42,086 nt of DNA. It comes from a virus. A model generated the notes under the pieces. The model saw only the letters and a program-made list of their open reading frames with translations, made no database searches and was not told the origin of the DNA. The DNA is taken from positions 1 through 42,086 of IMG/VR virus record IMGVR_UViG_3300010396_000028, one strand, 5' to 3'. The position numbers were made by a program, and so were the translations under genes. Shown piece by piece: positions 21,337 through 29,899 of the stretch (position 1 is its first letter; the number at the start of each line of letters is the position of its first letter).

Positions 21337-22035
21337 GTGCCCAAAATCATCTGCCCGTTCCATGAAGACACGAACCCATCGTGCGAAATCTACGAAGACG
21401 GATACCACTGCTTTGTCTGCGACGCCAGCGGGCCTCTTTCCGCACTCGGGCCAGAGTTTCGAGACATTAAGGCCCCGCCCAAGCTTCCCCCGACGGATTT
21501 ACCAAGCGAGCTTGCGAGGATTAAACTACTGCCTTTTGCACCTGTTCGCGGTTTGCAGCTTCCTGTTGATACTAATAGTTACTACGTGCTTTGGCCTGGC
21601 GACACTTACTTTAAGCGCCGCCTGTTTTTTCCAGGAGAAGGCCCGAAATATCTCTGCCCCAGAGGACACGCGAAGCCGCCGTTTTGGGCGCACCATGATA
21701 GCAAAAACAGTTCTCTTGCAGTTGTTGAAGGAGAACTTAATGCCCTGAGCTTAGAAAGAGTGCTTTCCGGCTGGGACATACTAAGCCCCGGCGGGGTGGG
21801 GGATTTCAACGAGAAGCTGCTGCCGATGCTCAGAGGATACAAACGGTTTGTACTGATATTGGACAAAGATAAGCCCGGATTGGACGCCGGGAAGAGAATG
21901 AAGGAGATGCTTGTCAGGATGACGCCGCATGTGGATTTGTTTCTCGTTGCGCCCGATCTGAATGACCAGCTTGTAAATGGCACCCTCGAAAAAGAAGTCA
22001 AAAGCTGGCATCTGGACATGCCCACACGGGTGTAA
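21337..22035 (+). CDS. DNA primase (CHC2 zinc finger plus TOPRIM)
   Basis: CPFHEDTNPSCEIYEDGYHCFVCDASG; TOPRIM VVEGELNALS and LILDKDKPG. GTG start after GAAGAGGTGG. Confidence 0.85.
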   Translation: MPKIICPFHEDTNPSCEIYEDGYHCFVCDASGPLSALGPEFRDIKAPPKLPPTDLPSELARIKLLPFAPVRGLQLPVDTNSYYVLWPGDTYFKRRLFFPGEGPKYLCPRGHAKPPFWAHHDSKNSSLAVVEGELNALSLERVLSGWDILSPGGVGDFNEKLLPMLRGYKRFVLILDKDKPGLDAGKRMKEMLVRMTPHVDLFLVAPDLNDQLVNGTLEKEVKSWHLDMPTRV

Positions 22036-22459
22036 CCAAACCGCTTGGTTTAATAAGAAGGAGCGCAGGAACGGCAAACTTGTATCCCGCCACCGTGGCT
22101 GCCCTCATTTAGAAAAACTACTGCCCGGCTCTCATCGCGGCGATAGCAGCGTTATTTATGATCCGAATCCAGAGCGTTTTTTATTGGCGGATGTTTCGGA
22201 CAACAAATCTTTAACAGACGAAGAGGAGGTTTGTGCTGAACCAATTTCAGACTATGACCGCATGCTCGGCTCTCTTCGCAAGGCGGGCCTTTCAGAGAAG
22301 CTGTCTAAAGTGGTGGCTTTGCGAATTGTGGGGGGAATGAGTTGGGAAGAAATTGCCTTGGAATGTGGGTGCACATCAAAGGGCAGCGTGTATGTGGAGT
22401 TTGCGCGCGCAATTAAATTTCTAAAAAAGGTGGGATATGGCCAAAGTAACAAAACCTAA
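21977..22459 (+). CDS. Sigma-70 region 4-like (LuxR/ECF-type HTH) regulator with an N-terminal Cys/His cluster
   Basis: LSEKLSKVVALRIVGGMSWEEIALECGCTSKGSVYVEFARAIKFLKK fits the sigma70_r4 pattern. N-terminal CPHGC...GCPH. The only canonical start overlaps the primase gene by 59 nt. Confidence 0.55.
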   Translation: MAPSKKKSKAGIWTCPHGCNQTAWFNKKERRNGKLVSRHRGCPHLEKLLPGSHRGDSSVIYDPNPERFLLADVSDNKSLTDEEEVCAEPISDYDRMLGSLRKAGLSEKLSKVVALRIVGGMSWEEIALECGCTSKGSVYVEFARAIKFLKKVGYGQSNKT

Positions 22460-23231
22460 AGTACTGACGTGGGACATTGAGACATGGCCCATTATTGCAA
22501 AGATATGGCGCCTCTACGACATAAACGTGGGTGTAGACCAAATCATAACATCATCGTCGATCGCTTGTATTGCTCTTAAATGGCAAGGCAGTGACAGGGT
22601 GTATTGGACTAGCACCAAAAAACAGAAAGATGCCCGCGATGACCGCAAAGTGGTGGCGCAGGCGGCGGACATGATTAACGACGCCCATGAAATTGTCACG
22701 CAGAACGGGGTGAAGTTTGATTTGCCCATCCTTATTGGGCGGCTCGCAGTGCACGGCATTCCAGCTCCTGCGGTGCCCCGTCATCACGATACCCGAGTTA
22801 TGGGCAAGCGCGCAGGGTATCCTTCGGCCAAGCTGGCGTTTCTCACGCGCACGCTGTGTCCGGAGCTAGAGAAAGGCACACACAAGAAGTTCCCTGGACA
22901 GCTTCTGTGGGATGAGTGCGAGGTGGGAAACCCGGCCGCTTGGAAGGAAATGGAGAAGTACAACAAGCTTGATGTGCGCGGTACTGAGCGTGTTTTTGAG
23001 AAGCTTTCTCCGTATATGAATGTGCCCCGCCTGGACGTATTTAACAGCGACATGAATTGGGTGTGCCGGTGTGGTTCAACTGAATGGGCGGAGAACGGCC
23101 ACCAGTATACATCTACCGGAGTATTCAAGCGCTACCGCTGTAAAAAGTGTGGGGCTAACGCGCAGGAAAAGGGCGCTGTAAATAACTTGCTGACGCTTAG
23201 TAAGCGCGCGGCCATGAAGAAGGGGGCTTAA
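22437..23231 (+). CDS. DEDD-type 3'-5' exonuclease (RNase H-like, PolB-exonuclease-like) with a C-terminal zinc ribbon
   Basis: ExoI WDIETW, ExoII QNGVKFDLPIL, ExoIII YNKLDVRGTE. CRCG...CKKCG. Confidence 0.7.
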   Translation: MAKVTKPKVLTWDIETWPIIAKIWRLYDINVGVDQIITSSSIACIALKWQGSDRVYWTSTKKQKDARDDRKVVAQAADMINDAHEIVTQNGVKFDLPILIGRLAVHGIPAPAVPRHHDTRVMGKRAGYPSAKLAFLTRTLCPELEKGTHKKFPGQLLWDECEVGNPAAWKEMEKYNKLDVRGTERVFEKLSPYMNVPRLDVFNSDMNWVCRCGSTEWAENGHQYTSTGVFKRYRCKKCGANAQEKGAVNNLLTLSKRAAMKKGA

Positions 23232-23524
23232 TGGATATTAAGGCACTATGGGCAAACGTCAAAACTGGGTGCGCATTCTTAGCGGCACACATTACGCTCG
23301 TGCTATTTGTGCTGGTGGGTATTTTATCACTCATCATACGGTCGCTACGCTCGACGGTGGCTGTGCAGAAGGCTGCCAAGGAAGAGCAACAACAAAAAGA
23401 CACATTACAACAAGAAAAGAAGGAGGAACAGGATGCACAGAAACAAGCTAGCGACTCTCGCGCTGATTGGGACAGCTTTGCTAAGCCCTATCGCGGTAGC
23501 AGCGGACCAGATGGGACCCCCTGA
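23231..23524 (+). CDS. Membrane protein: N-terminal TM helix plus charged coiled coil (holin, antiholin or i-spanin-like)
   Basis: CAFLAAHITLVLFVLVGILSLII is followed by a KEEQQQKDTLQQEKKEEQDAQK stretch. First gene of the lysis cluster. Confidence 0.5.
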   Translation: MDIKALWANVKTGCAFLAAHITLVLFVLVGILSLIIRSLRSTVAVQKAAKEEQQQKDTLQQEKKEEQDAQKQASDSRADWDSFAKPYRGSSGPDGTP

Positions 23525-23747
23525 CCCAGTTGGGGAATGTGTACAGAAGTGTGACAAGGCCTTGGCTGATCAAGACAAAGTAATCGAACTGGGAAGGAAG
23601 GTAAGCGCCACACAGGACGCTGTGATAGCGGCGCAAGACAAACAAATAACTGAGCTGTCAAAGAATGACGGCAACATAATCAAGAGCCCCGTATTTTGGC
23701 TAGTCGTGGGAGTAGCTGGCGGGCTGTTTTTGGGAGGAAGAAAATGA
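23433..23747 (+). CDS. Periplasmic coiled-coil protein with a cleavable signal peptide and a C-terminal TM anchor (spanin-like topology)
   Basis: ATG 23433 follows GAAGGAGGAA and lies inside the previous ORF in another frame. Signal peptide ends AVA-AD. C-terminal helix VFWLVVGVAGGLFLGG. Confidence 0.5.
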   Translation: MHRNKLATLALIGTALLSPIAVAADQMGPPDPVGECVQKCDKALADQDKVIELGRKVSATQDAVIAAQDKQITELSKNDGNIIKSPVFWLVVGVAGGLFLGGRK

Positions 23748-23914
23748 ATAATAGAGACGTGTGTCTAGTGTTGATGGGCGCCAACGCGATGGGCACAGCA
23801 ACAATGTTTGTTGCCTTTTTAGTAACCGGAAGTGGGATTTATCTGAGCCTTACGGCTTTTTCGGCTTTTGCTGTGGGTTTGTTTTATGTGGAGGTAAAGA
23901 ACAATGCGACGTGA
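23744..23914 (+). CDS. Small two-TM membrane protein (holin-like, 56 aa)
   Basis: ATG 23744 follows GGGAGGAAG, with an ATGA overlap. Two hydrophobic segments. Below the track cutoff from this start. Confidence 0.5.
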   Translation: MNNRDVCLVLMGANAMGTATMFVAFLVTGSGIYLSLTAFSAFAVGLFYVEVKNNAT

Positions 23915-24572
23915 AACACTATTATTGCTGACACTTGTGGTGGCAGTGGTTGGCTATGGAACGTACAAGATAGTATTTGGTGAAAGTGAGCCGATTACTC
24001 GTCTTGAAGTTTTACCAGCGTTTGAGCCTGGCAGCGATGCCATGGACCCAACGCAGGCGGTGGTAAGGCTTTACGACAAGAGAGGGTTTTTCTGTTCAGG
24101 TGTGGTTATTGGTGACAACTATATAGCCACTGCCGCTCACTGTCTGCACGATGATAAAGGCAACCTGTCTACGGATGTCATCACAGTACAGGGAGCTAAC
24201 AAGCACGAAGGCAGAGCGGCAGGGTATTATGCCCGCACTGATATTGGCCTTGTTACAGGCGATTTCAGGGGAGAGGTGACGGTAGATGTGGAAATCGACC
24301 GGATGGGCTTGAACGTAGAAAAGGCCGTGGTGTGCGGCTACCCGCTGGGAAATCACACTCTGTTGTGCGAATACGCCCAGCCAAAAGCTATGGATGCATT
24401 TGCTGTGTGGGCCAGTGGTTTTGCATTGCCCGGCATGAGCGGGGGCGCTGTATTTGATATGTCGGGGCGTTTAGTAGGGCTGGTAAGCGGTGCCTATTTG
24501 AAAGAAGCGGGCAGCGGCATTGCACTAGCTCCTACAACCGGGTTGTTGGCAATCTTTGGGTTGTCTAAATAA
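23904..24572 (+). CDS. Chymotrypsin-fold (S1) serine protease with an N-terminal signal-anchor
   Basis: His motif TAAHC, Asp in TDIGLV, Ser motif GMSGGAV. N-terminus MRRETLLLLTLVVAVVGYG. Confidence 0.8.
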   Translation: MRRETLLLLTLVVAVVGYGTYKIVFGESEPITRLEVLPAFEPGSDAMDPTQAVVRLYDKRGFFCSGVVIGDNYIATAAHCLHDDKGNLSTDVITVQGANKHEGRAAGYYARTDIGLVTGDFRGEVTVDVEIDRMGLNVEKAVVCGYPLGNHTLLCEYAQPKAMDAFAVWASGFALPGMSGGAVFDMSGRLVGLVSGAYLKEAGSGIALAPTTGLLAIFGLSK

Positions 24573-24828
24573 GGTTACACCATTTTAGAATCAGGTGCCC
24601 AATTAGCGCAAGTACACCTGTTCCTAAAGCGGTCAGCACATAGTGAATAATGTCGTATTGCTTCTCTAATGGTACGAAGCGTTGGGCCTGGAGTTTTTGC
24701 TCTTCTTGTAGGGCAAGGCTCCGGGCCTCGTGCTGTCTAAGCAGCTCGTTGTGGCGCGCTCCTTGTTTTACAAGCTCTTTTACGTCTGCTTTTATTTCGC
24801 CAAGGTCGGCTTTATCTTGAAGATCCAT
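24565..24828 (-). CDS. Coiled-coil protein with a C-terminal TM helix (last late gene)
   Basis: 87 aa. Its stop overlaps the stop of the convergent protease gene by 8 nt. Confidence 0.5.
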   Translation of the reverse strand: MDLQDKADLGEIKADVKELVKQGARHNELLRQHEARSLALQEEQKLQAQRFVPLEKQYDIIHYVLTALGTGVLALIGHLILKWCNLI

Positions 24829-24832
24829 GGCA

Positions 24833-26161
24833 TTATGGCTCCCTCGTTTGCTGTGCGGCGCTGAGGGCCTGTTGAAGTGTAATAGGATTTATCTTACCTA
24901 GCGCTTGGGCTCCCTTATTAGCCAGTGCTGCACCTTCCACTGCTCCCCTAACGGGCACGCGCCCTATCTCTTTCACAAGCGACACTAAATCGTGCACACG
25001 TCCTGGGTCTATAAGTAGGCTTTTGGCCCTGTCAATATCATGCCCCAATCCGCGAAGACCAGTGCCCGCCATATTGTCAACTTGGTCTACGATGGCACCC
25101 CGGCTGGTGCCGGGCTTGGCCGTGAGGGTTTCAATCGGCGAGGTGGCCTCTTTGTTAGTGAGCGCATTTCGCAGAGAAATAGCATCTTCCATGTTCTGGT
25201 TCAGTCCAGCTCGCTCGGGGTCAGAATTTATCTGCCTTCTAAGTATGTTACCAAGCGCGGAGGCGTCAGCTTCTTTTGATACAGCATCGGCGTCGCCCAC
25301 GCCAATCTTGCGCTGCCAGTTAGCAGCATCATCTGCGGCTTGTTTTAAGTGCAGAGCTTGGGTGCCGGATATATCGGCGCGAAGAGGAACAGAGGCCTTT
25401 GGACCGCCCGCTATCTCCAGTCCTTGGTTGGCGGCGTCTTTTGACAGATTATATTCCATCTCTTCACCTAACCTCGGAAACGTCGGCTTCACGCGATCGG
25501 GGTTAATCTGAAAGGTCTCGCCTTGCAATAATGATTTAAGTTTGTCCGAAGCCGGCGCTACAACCTTGTTATTGATATCATCCGCAGCAGAGTTAATCGC
25601 ATCTTGCGCCCGCGTAGCCATTTCACCGCTCTTAATGTCGGAGATATCTTTGCTGGCCTTAGCGCCGCCCTTTAACAGAGCAGAACCAGCTTCACCTATA
25701 GTGTGAGCAGCGCCACCAATCAATCCACCTAACACAGCATCACCAGTACGCGCACCAAGCGTATCATCACCTTCGGGCTTTTGTAGAAATCCTTGTGCTG
25801 CATTTATGCCAGCATTGCCTAGTATGCGACCACCTGCGGATTCAGCTGCGCTGGCAGGAGAAGCAGCAGCCATAGCAACCGTGCCTCCCACGCGACCGAG
25901 AGCATGTCCAGCAACATCATCGCTAGCTTCGCTGGGATTTACGTTACCAAGAGAGGCAGCCTGCACAGCTCCGTGTCCAGCGCCTTGTGAGAAGCCAGGG
26001 CGTATGAGGTCCATAAGGGAGCGAACAGAACCGCCAGTGAGGCTAGGCTCTTGTGGAGGCTCTGGTTGACTGATAGCAGCCAAGCCCGCGTCGCTCACCT
26101 TAGACATGTCGCCGGATTGCAATGCGGCCAAGTCTTGGTCTGAAAGCTTTGACAGGTCCAT
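24833..26161 (-). CDS. Putative internal virion/ejection protein (442 aa)
   Basis: Ala/Gly-rich large ORF at the distal end of the late operon. TAATG coupling with the upstream gene. The function is assigned by position only. Confidence 0.4.
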   Translation of the reverse strand: MDLSKLSDQDLAALQSGDMSKVSDAGLAAISQPEPPQEPSLTGGSVRSLMDLIRPGFSQGAGHGAVQAASLGNVNPSEASDDVAGHALGRVGGTVAMAAASPASAAESAGGRILGNAGINAAQGFLQKPEGDDTLGARTGDAVLGGLIGGAAHTIGEAGSALLKGGAKASKDISDIKSGEMATRAQDAINSAADDINNKVVAPASDKLKSLLQGETFQINPDRVKPTFPRLGEEMEYNLSKDAANQGLEIAGGPKASVPLRADISGTQALHLKQAADDAANWQRKIGVGDADAVSKEADASALGNILRRQINSDPERAGLNQNMEDAISLRNALTNKEATSPIETLTAKPGTSRGAIVDQVDNMAGTGLRGLGHDIDRAKSLLIDPGRVHDLVSLVKEIGRVPVRGAVEGAALANKGAQALGKINPITLQQALSAAQQTREP

Positions 26162-27096
26162 TATTGGCCTCCGGCCTTTCTCTTGGCAGCGCGCACAGCT
26201 ATTTCACGAGCCGCCGCACTCTGCATATCCATTCCCCCGGCTGCTTGTGGCGCTTGTCCGCCGCCTTGTTGGCTGGGGCGGAAAAATGAGGTGAGCTTGT
26301 CCACGAGGCTTTGGGGTTGTGTGGGAGTTCCACCACCAGTAAATGTGGGGTTGGTGGGGGCTTTTTTAAACACCGACATTTTTTGCTGGAAACTGTTTTC
26401 TATAGGAGCGCCGATATTTGCTAATTGCGATTCACGGCTTGGGTCAGCAAAAGGGTTCATGGCATAACCATTTGTCACGTTCTGCACAAGCTGCTGGTGC
26501 TTGTCATGTGCGGTGTTAGCTGCCGTCATGAAAGCGCTATTTAAAGCCGATTGCTCATTTTGCGTCAGCGGAGTGGCGTCATTATCCGCGGCGTTGCCAA
26601 TATTTGCGATAGATCCATAGATACTATTGGGCAACAGCGATTTCGCTTCTTGTTCGTTAAACCTATTCATGCCTAAGCTTTTCAGCATGAGCGTCTTGGC
26701 CTGACCTCTTGCCATCCGGTTGTTCGGGTCATTAACGGCTTGTAGGCCTTCGAATGCAGAACCGAGAGCATCTTGAATCTTAGGCACACCGGATTGATAG
26801 GCTTTCACTGCACTCTGAATGGCGGATGCCCCGCCTTGCATCATCTTTCTTTGAGCAGCGACGTACGGGTCAACACCAGATGACAAATCCCCAACGCGCA
26901 CAGAAGCCCCGTCTGGAGCCTCATTTTGTAGCTGCTTAAGAGTGGCTAACGAATTCTGCTGTTCTCTATTTGCCTTGTCTACATCTAAATCGGCCTTTTG
27001 CTGGTTCTGCCGTCTTGCATTTTGATCGCCAAGAATAAGTTGAGTAAGGGAGTTAATACCCGGCTGTAATGAAGCTAAATCACTCTGTAACGGCAT
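26161..27096 (-). CDS. Putative internal virion protein (311 aa)
   Basis: Gln/Asn/Ala-rich ORF packed in the late operon. Assigned by position only. Confidence 0.4.
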   Translation of the reverse strand: MPLQSDLASLQPGINSLTQLILGDQNARRQNQQKADLDVDKANREQQNSLATLKQLQNEAPDGASVRVGDLSSGVDPYVAAQRKMMQGGASAIQSAVKAYQSGVPKIQDALGSAFEGLQAVNDPNNRMARGQAKTLMLKSLGMNRFNEQEAKSLLPNSIYGSIANIGNAADNDATPLTQNEQSALNSAFMTAANTAHDKHQQLVQNVTNGYAMNPFADPSRESQLANIGAPIENSFQQKMSVFKKAPTNPTFTGGGTPTQPQSLVDKLTSFFRPSQQGGGQAPQAAGGMDMQSAAAREIAVRAAKRKAGGQ

Positions 27097-27097
27097 A

Positions 27098-28021
27098 TTA
27101 TATGTTTCCTACTAAAGCGCCGCTAAGGCTTTTTCCAGCGGCAGTTAAGCCGTTGGAGGCAGCTCCCCCGAATGCGGCCTGAGTGCCTTGGTACATTCCG
27201 TTGCTCATCGCATCCCCAAGATTTCTTATTTTATTGGCGTTCTGTGAAGTTATGCTGGCCTGGTTGGCATTTTGTTGAGCGGTGTAATCATCTCTATTCT
27301 GGTTAGCAGCGTCGTTAGCTGTGCTCAGTTGGGCATTGTAGCCGCCCAAGTTACGATTGTAGGCGCTGTTCTCTGCGTTCTGACCCATACTACCAAGGCT
27401 GCCAATGAAGCCTTGAAGCTGTCCCATGCGCTGCATATTCTGATTGTAGCGGTTCTGAGCAATGGCCATTTGCATCTGACCAAGCGCCTCGTTCTTATTG
27501 CCCTGTAGGCCCGAGAACTGCGCCTGTGCTCCTCCGGTGTTTCCACCCGCCATGCCTCGGTCGGCTAGACTTTGAGACAAGCTCTGCCCTGCCTGGCCAA
27601 ACTGACGAGCTATGTTTCCAGCTGCCTGTCCGTAAGCTTCCACGTCTTGAGGCTGCAAAGTGAAACCCTGGTTGTTGAGCTGGTTCCACGTGTTGTTAGC
27701 ATTGCTCATAGTGCCGCCAGCACCATATAGCCCCGCCAACGTGGGGTCACTCATTACCTGATCTTGTGCCACCTTCGAGCCATAAATGGGGCTGGCTGCA
27801 AGAGCTGCGCTGTCGGTTGGGCTCATACCACTCAGCACAGAGGTGAGGCCGGCGCCGTTCATCAGTGCGTTGCCTGCCTGACCTAGTGACGGGCTGCTGT
27901 TCGCCGCCGTCATGGTGTTGAGGGCGTTAGTGCCTGTGTTGCTTAGATTTCCGGCTTTGTAGTAATTGCCTTGGGAGCCGTTGAGGCCTAGGACATCTCC
28001 AAGTGGTGTTAACATTGACAT
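27098..28021 (-). CDS. Putative internal virion protein (307 aa), Gln/Asn/Gly/Ala-rich
   Basis: Low-complexity ORF packed in the late operon. Assigned by position only. Confidence 0.4.
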   Translation of the reverse strand: MSMLTPLGDVLGLNGSQGNYYKAGNLSNTGTNALNTMTAANSSPSLGQAGNALMNGAGLTSVLSGMSPTDSAALAASPIYGSKVAQDQVMSDPTLAGLYGAGGTMSNANNTWNQLNNQGFTLQPQDVEAYGQAAGNIARQFGQAGQSLSQSLADRGMAGGNTGGAQAQFSGLQGNKNEALGQMQMAIAQNRYNQNMQRMGQLQGFIGSLGSMGQNAENSAYNRNLGGYNAQLSTANDAANQNRDDYTAQQNANQASITSQNANKIRNLGDAMSNGMYQGTQAAFGGAASNGLTAAGKSLSGALVGNI

Positions 28022-28024
28022 AAA

Positions 28025-28720
28025 TTAATTAGTTCCTAAATAAAATCTGCGTATGATGAGGCATCCATCTGTTCCATGCCCGCCGCCCGGCGCGCCCGAT
28101 GTGCCGCTTCCTGCTCCGCCGCCGCCTGAGCCATATCCAGAGGCATCGCCCCCAGATGGCACAGCCCCGGTGCTAGATCCGTCACTGCCAATGCCGCCGG
28201 CACCAGACCAGCCAGCTCCGCCGCCGCCTCCGCCAAGATGCCCACCAACAGTGGCGCCGTTAGCGCCGCCTAAGGCCAAAGCATTGTCTTGCCGGCTTTG
28301 GCCAGGCAATCCTTGTCCGCCGCCATCTCCACCATAGCCAAAACCGCTGTCAGGGGTGTTGCTTCCGCCGCTCACGCCAGCTATGCCTCCCAGTATGTTT
28401 AACACTGTATTGCCAGCAGAGTCCGTCATCGTAGTGGCGCCTCCGTTGCTTCCGATGGTGCTACTGCCTTGACCAATGCTTATGCTATAGAGCGCTCCTG
28501 GGTTTACACTAAGAAGTAGGCCGCTTATTGCCGACCCGCCACCGCCACTAGAGCAGTTGGTAGAGTTTCCGCCGCCACACCCACCGCCGCCCGCCCCTTC
28601 AATAACAACGGTGTAAACATCGGGAGGGCAGCTCCATTGCTGTGTTTGTGCCCCGTAGGCCTGAAATAGTATTGTGCTCTTAGCCGGGTTATGCGGCAGC
28701 CCGCGTTTCAAGCCATCCAT
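28025..28720 (-). CDS. Glycine-rich domain protein (fibre/receptor-binding accessory)
   Basis: WSCPPDVYTVVIEGAGGGGCGGG...VNPGALYSISIGQG pattern of phage glycine-rich domains, followed by long Gly runs. Confidence 0.6.
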   Translation of the reverse strand: MDGLKRGLPHNPAKSTILFQAYGAQTQQWSCPPDVYTVVIEGAGGGGCGGGNSTNCSSGGGGSAISGLLLSVNPGALYSISIGQGSSTIGSNGGATTMTDSAGNTVLNILGGIAGVSGGSNTPDSGFGYGGDGGGQGLPGQSRQDNALALGGANGATVGGHLGGGGGGAGWSGAGGIGSDGSSTGAVPSGGDASGYGSGGGGAGSGTSGAPGGGHGTDGCLIIRRFYLGTN

Positions 28721-28722
28721 AA

Positions 28723-29136
28723 TTAATAGTCTCCGCCCACGCAGGTCACCATAATGCCTGTACTAATGGCCGTGCCGGTTGTGGCTGTCAGTGTGTAGCC
28801 AGAAGGAAGGGCAAGGTCTAGAGCCACCTCAACACGAGACGATGCGGCTGTCTGAGAAAGAGAGTTAGATGCCATGGCCACTTCATACACAAGCGCGTTG
28901 TTAGCTGCGGTGCTGGTAGCTGATCCATTATTTACAAACAAACGGACAACGGTTCCGGTGTTGCTGCCGAGAGCTTCAAGGATGACCTTTTCAATCTTGG
29001 AGCCATTGGCGCCTGATGCGGTGAACACGGTGGCTACTGTGCCTGTGCCGTCAAGGTTGGTGTTTGCACTGGTGCCGGTGGAGGCCCAGCTTACGCGAGG
29101 GGTGAGGATGAAAATCGGTGTTGTGTTGGCGGCCAT
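28723..29136 (-). CDS. Hypothetical structural protein (137 aa), Thr/Ala/Ser-rich
   Basis: ORF packed in the tail-fibre region. Confidence 0.5.
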   Translation of the reverse strand: MAANTTPIFILTPRVSWASTGTSANTNLDGTGTVATVFTASGANGSKIEKVILEALGSNTGTVVRLFVNNGSATSTAANNALVYEVAMASNSLSQTAASSRVEVALDLALPSGYTLTATTGTAISTGIMVTCVGGDY

Positions 29137-29145
29137 GGTATTTCC

Positions 29146-29532
29146 TTAGGTAAAGTTTAGATATTGATAGACACGAGCGGCGGGAGCGGATGGTGCGGGA
29201 GCCAGTACAAACGCAGTGCCTGCGCTGTTCACTTGAGGCACGTTACCGGCCACGCTCGACGACAAAGTCATGCTTATTCCCACTCCGCCTCTAGCTGGTG
29301 CGAGAGCTGCTTCTTCGCTCACTTTCCCGCTGCTGTCGTTGATGACCACATAATTGGGATTGCCTGCTTTAAGCTTGGTGGCGCGCGTAATGCCCGCAGC
29401 TTGGATGTTGGTGTCATCCAGACCTGTGACGTTAAGAAGCGTGGCTATGTCGGTAAACTTGGCGTTTACTTTCGCAGAAGCGATAACTGTGTTTGGTGTG
29501 AAATCTGGGTAGTCGTATACAAGTAGTGGCAT
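29146..29532 (-). CDS. Hypothetical structural protein (128 aa)
   Basis: ORF packed in the tail-fibre region. Confidence 0.5.
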   Translation of the reverse strand: MPLLVYDYPDFTPNTVIASAKVNAKFTDIATLLNVTGLDDTNIQAAGITRATKLKAGNPNYVVINDSSGKVSEEAALAPARGGVGISMTLSSSVAGNVPQVNSAGTAFVLAPAPSAPAARVYQYLNFT

Positions 29533-29535
29533 AGG

Positions 29536-29898
29536 TTAGCTCGCTTGCCACTGTTTGGTGGCTTCATTCCAGGTGTAATATTTTCCATCGGTGGGATAGG
29601 GCACAGGCGCCTCCCACAGCCAGGTTGTTTGATTTAATGTCCAGCTTGGATAGGGCTGCGGAGCATAGAAAACATCATGTGTCGAGTCGTACAGCGACCC
29701 GATGCCAGCATAATTTCCTCGCAGAACTGCTCCACCGTCGGGCTGCCCATCTGCTCCATAATGTACGTTGCCTCGGGTGTTGTAGGATGTTTGCAACCAT
29801 GTTCCAGGAGAACTATCAACAAACGTTTTGAAGAAGTCGGCTTCGGCGACAATCACTTGAACAACTTGGCCGTTTAGTACTTTTGCATAGTGACTCAT
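29536..29898 (-). CDS. Hypothetical protein (120 aa), Trp/Tyr-rich
   Basis: Begins MSHYAKVLNGQVVQVIVA, a start typical of a widespread small phage protein family of unknown function. Lies downstream of the fibre gene. Confidence 0.5.
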   Translation of the reverse strand: MSHYAKVLNGQVVQVIVAEADFFKTFVDSSPGTWLQTSYNTRGNVHYGADGQPDGGAVLRGNYAGIGSLYDSTHDVFYAPQPYPSWTLNQTTWLWEAPVPYPTDGKYYTWNEATKQWQAS

Positions 29899-29899
29899 A

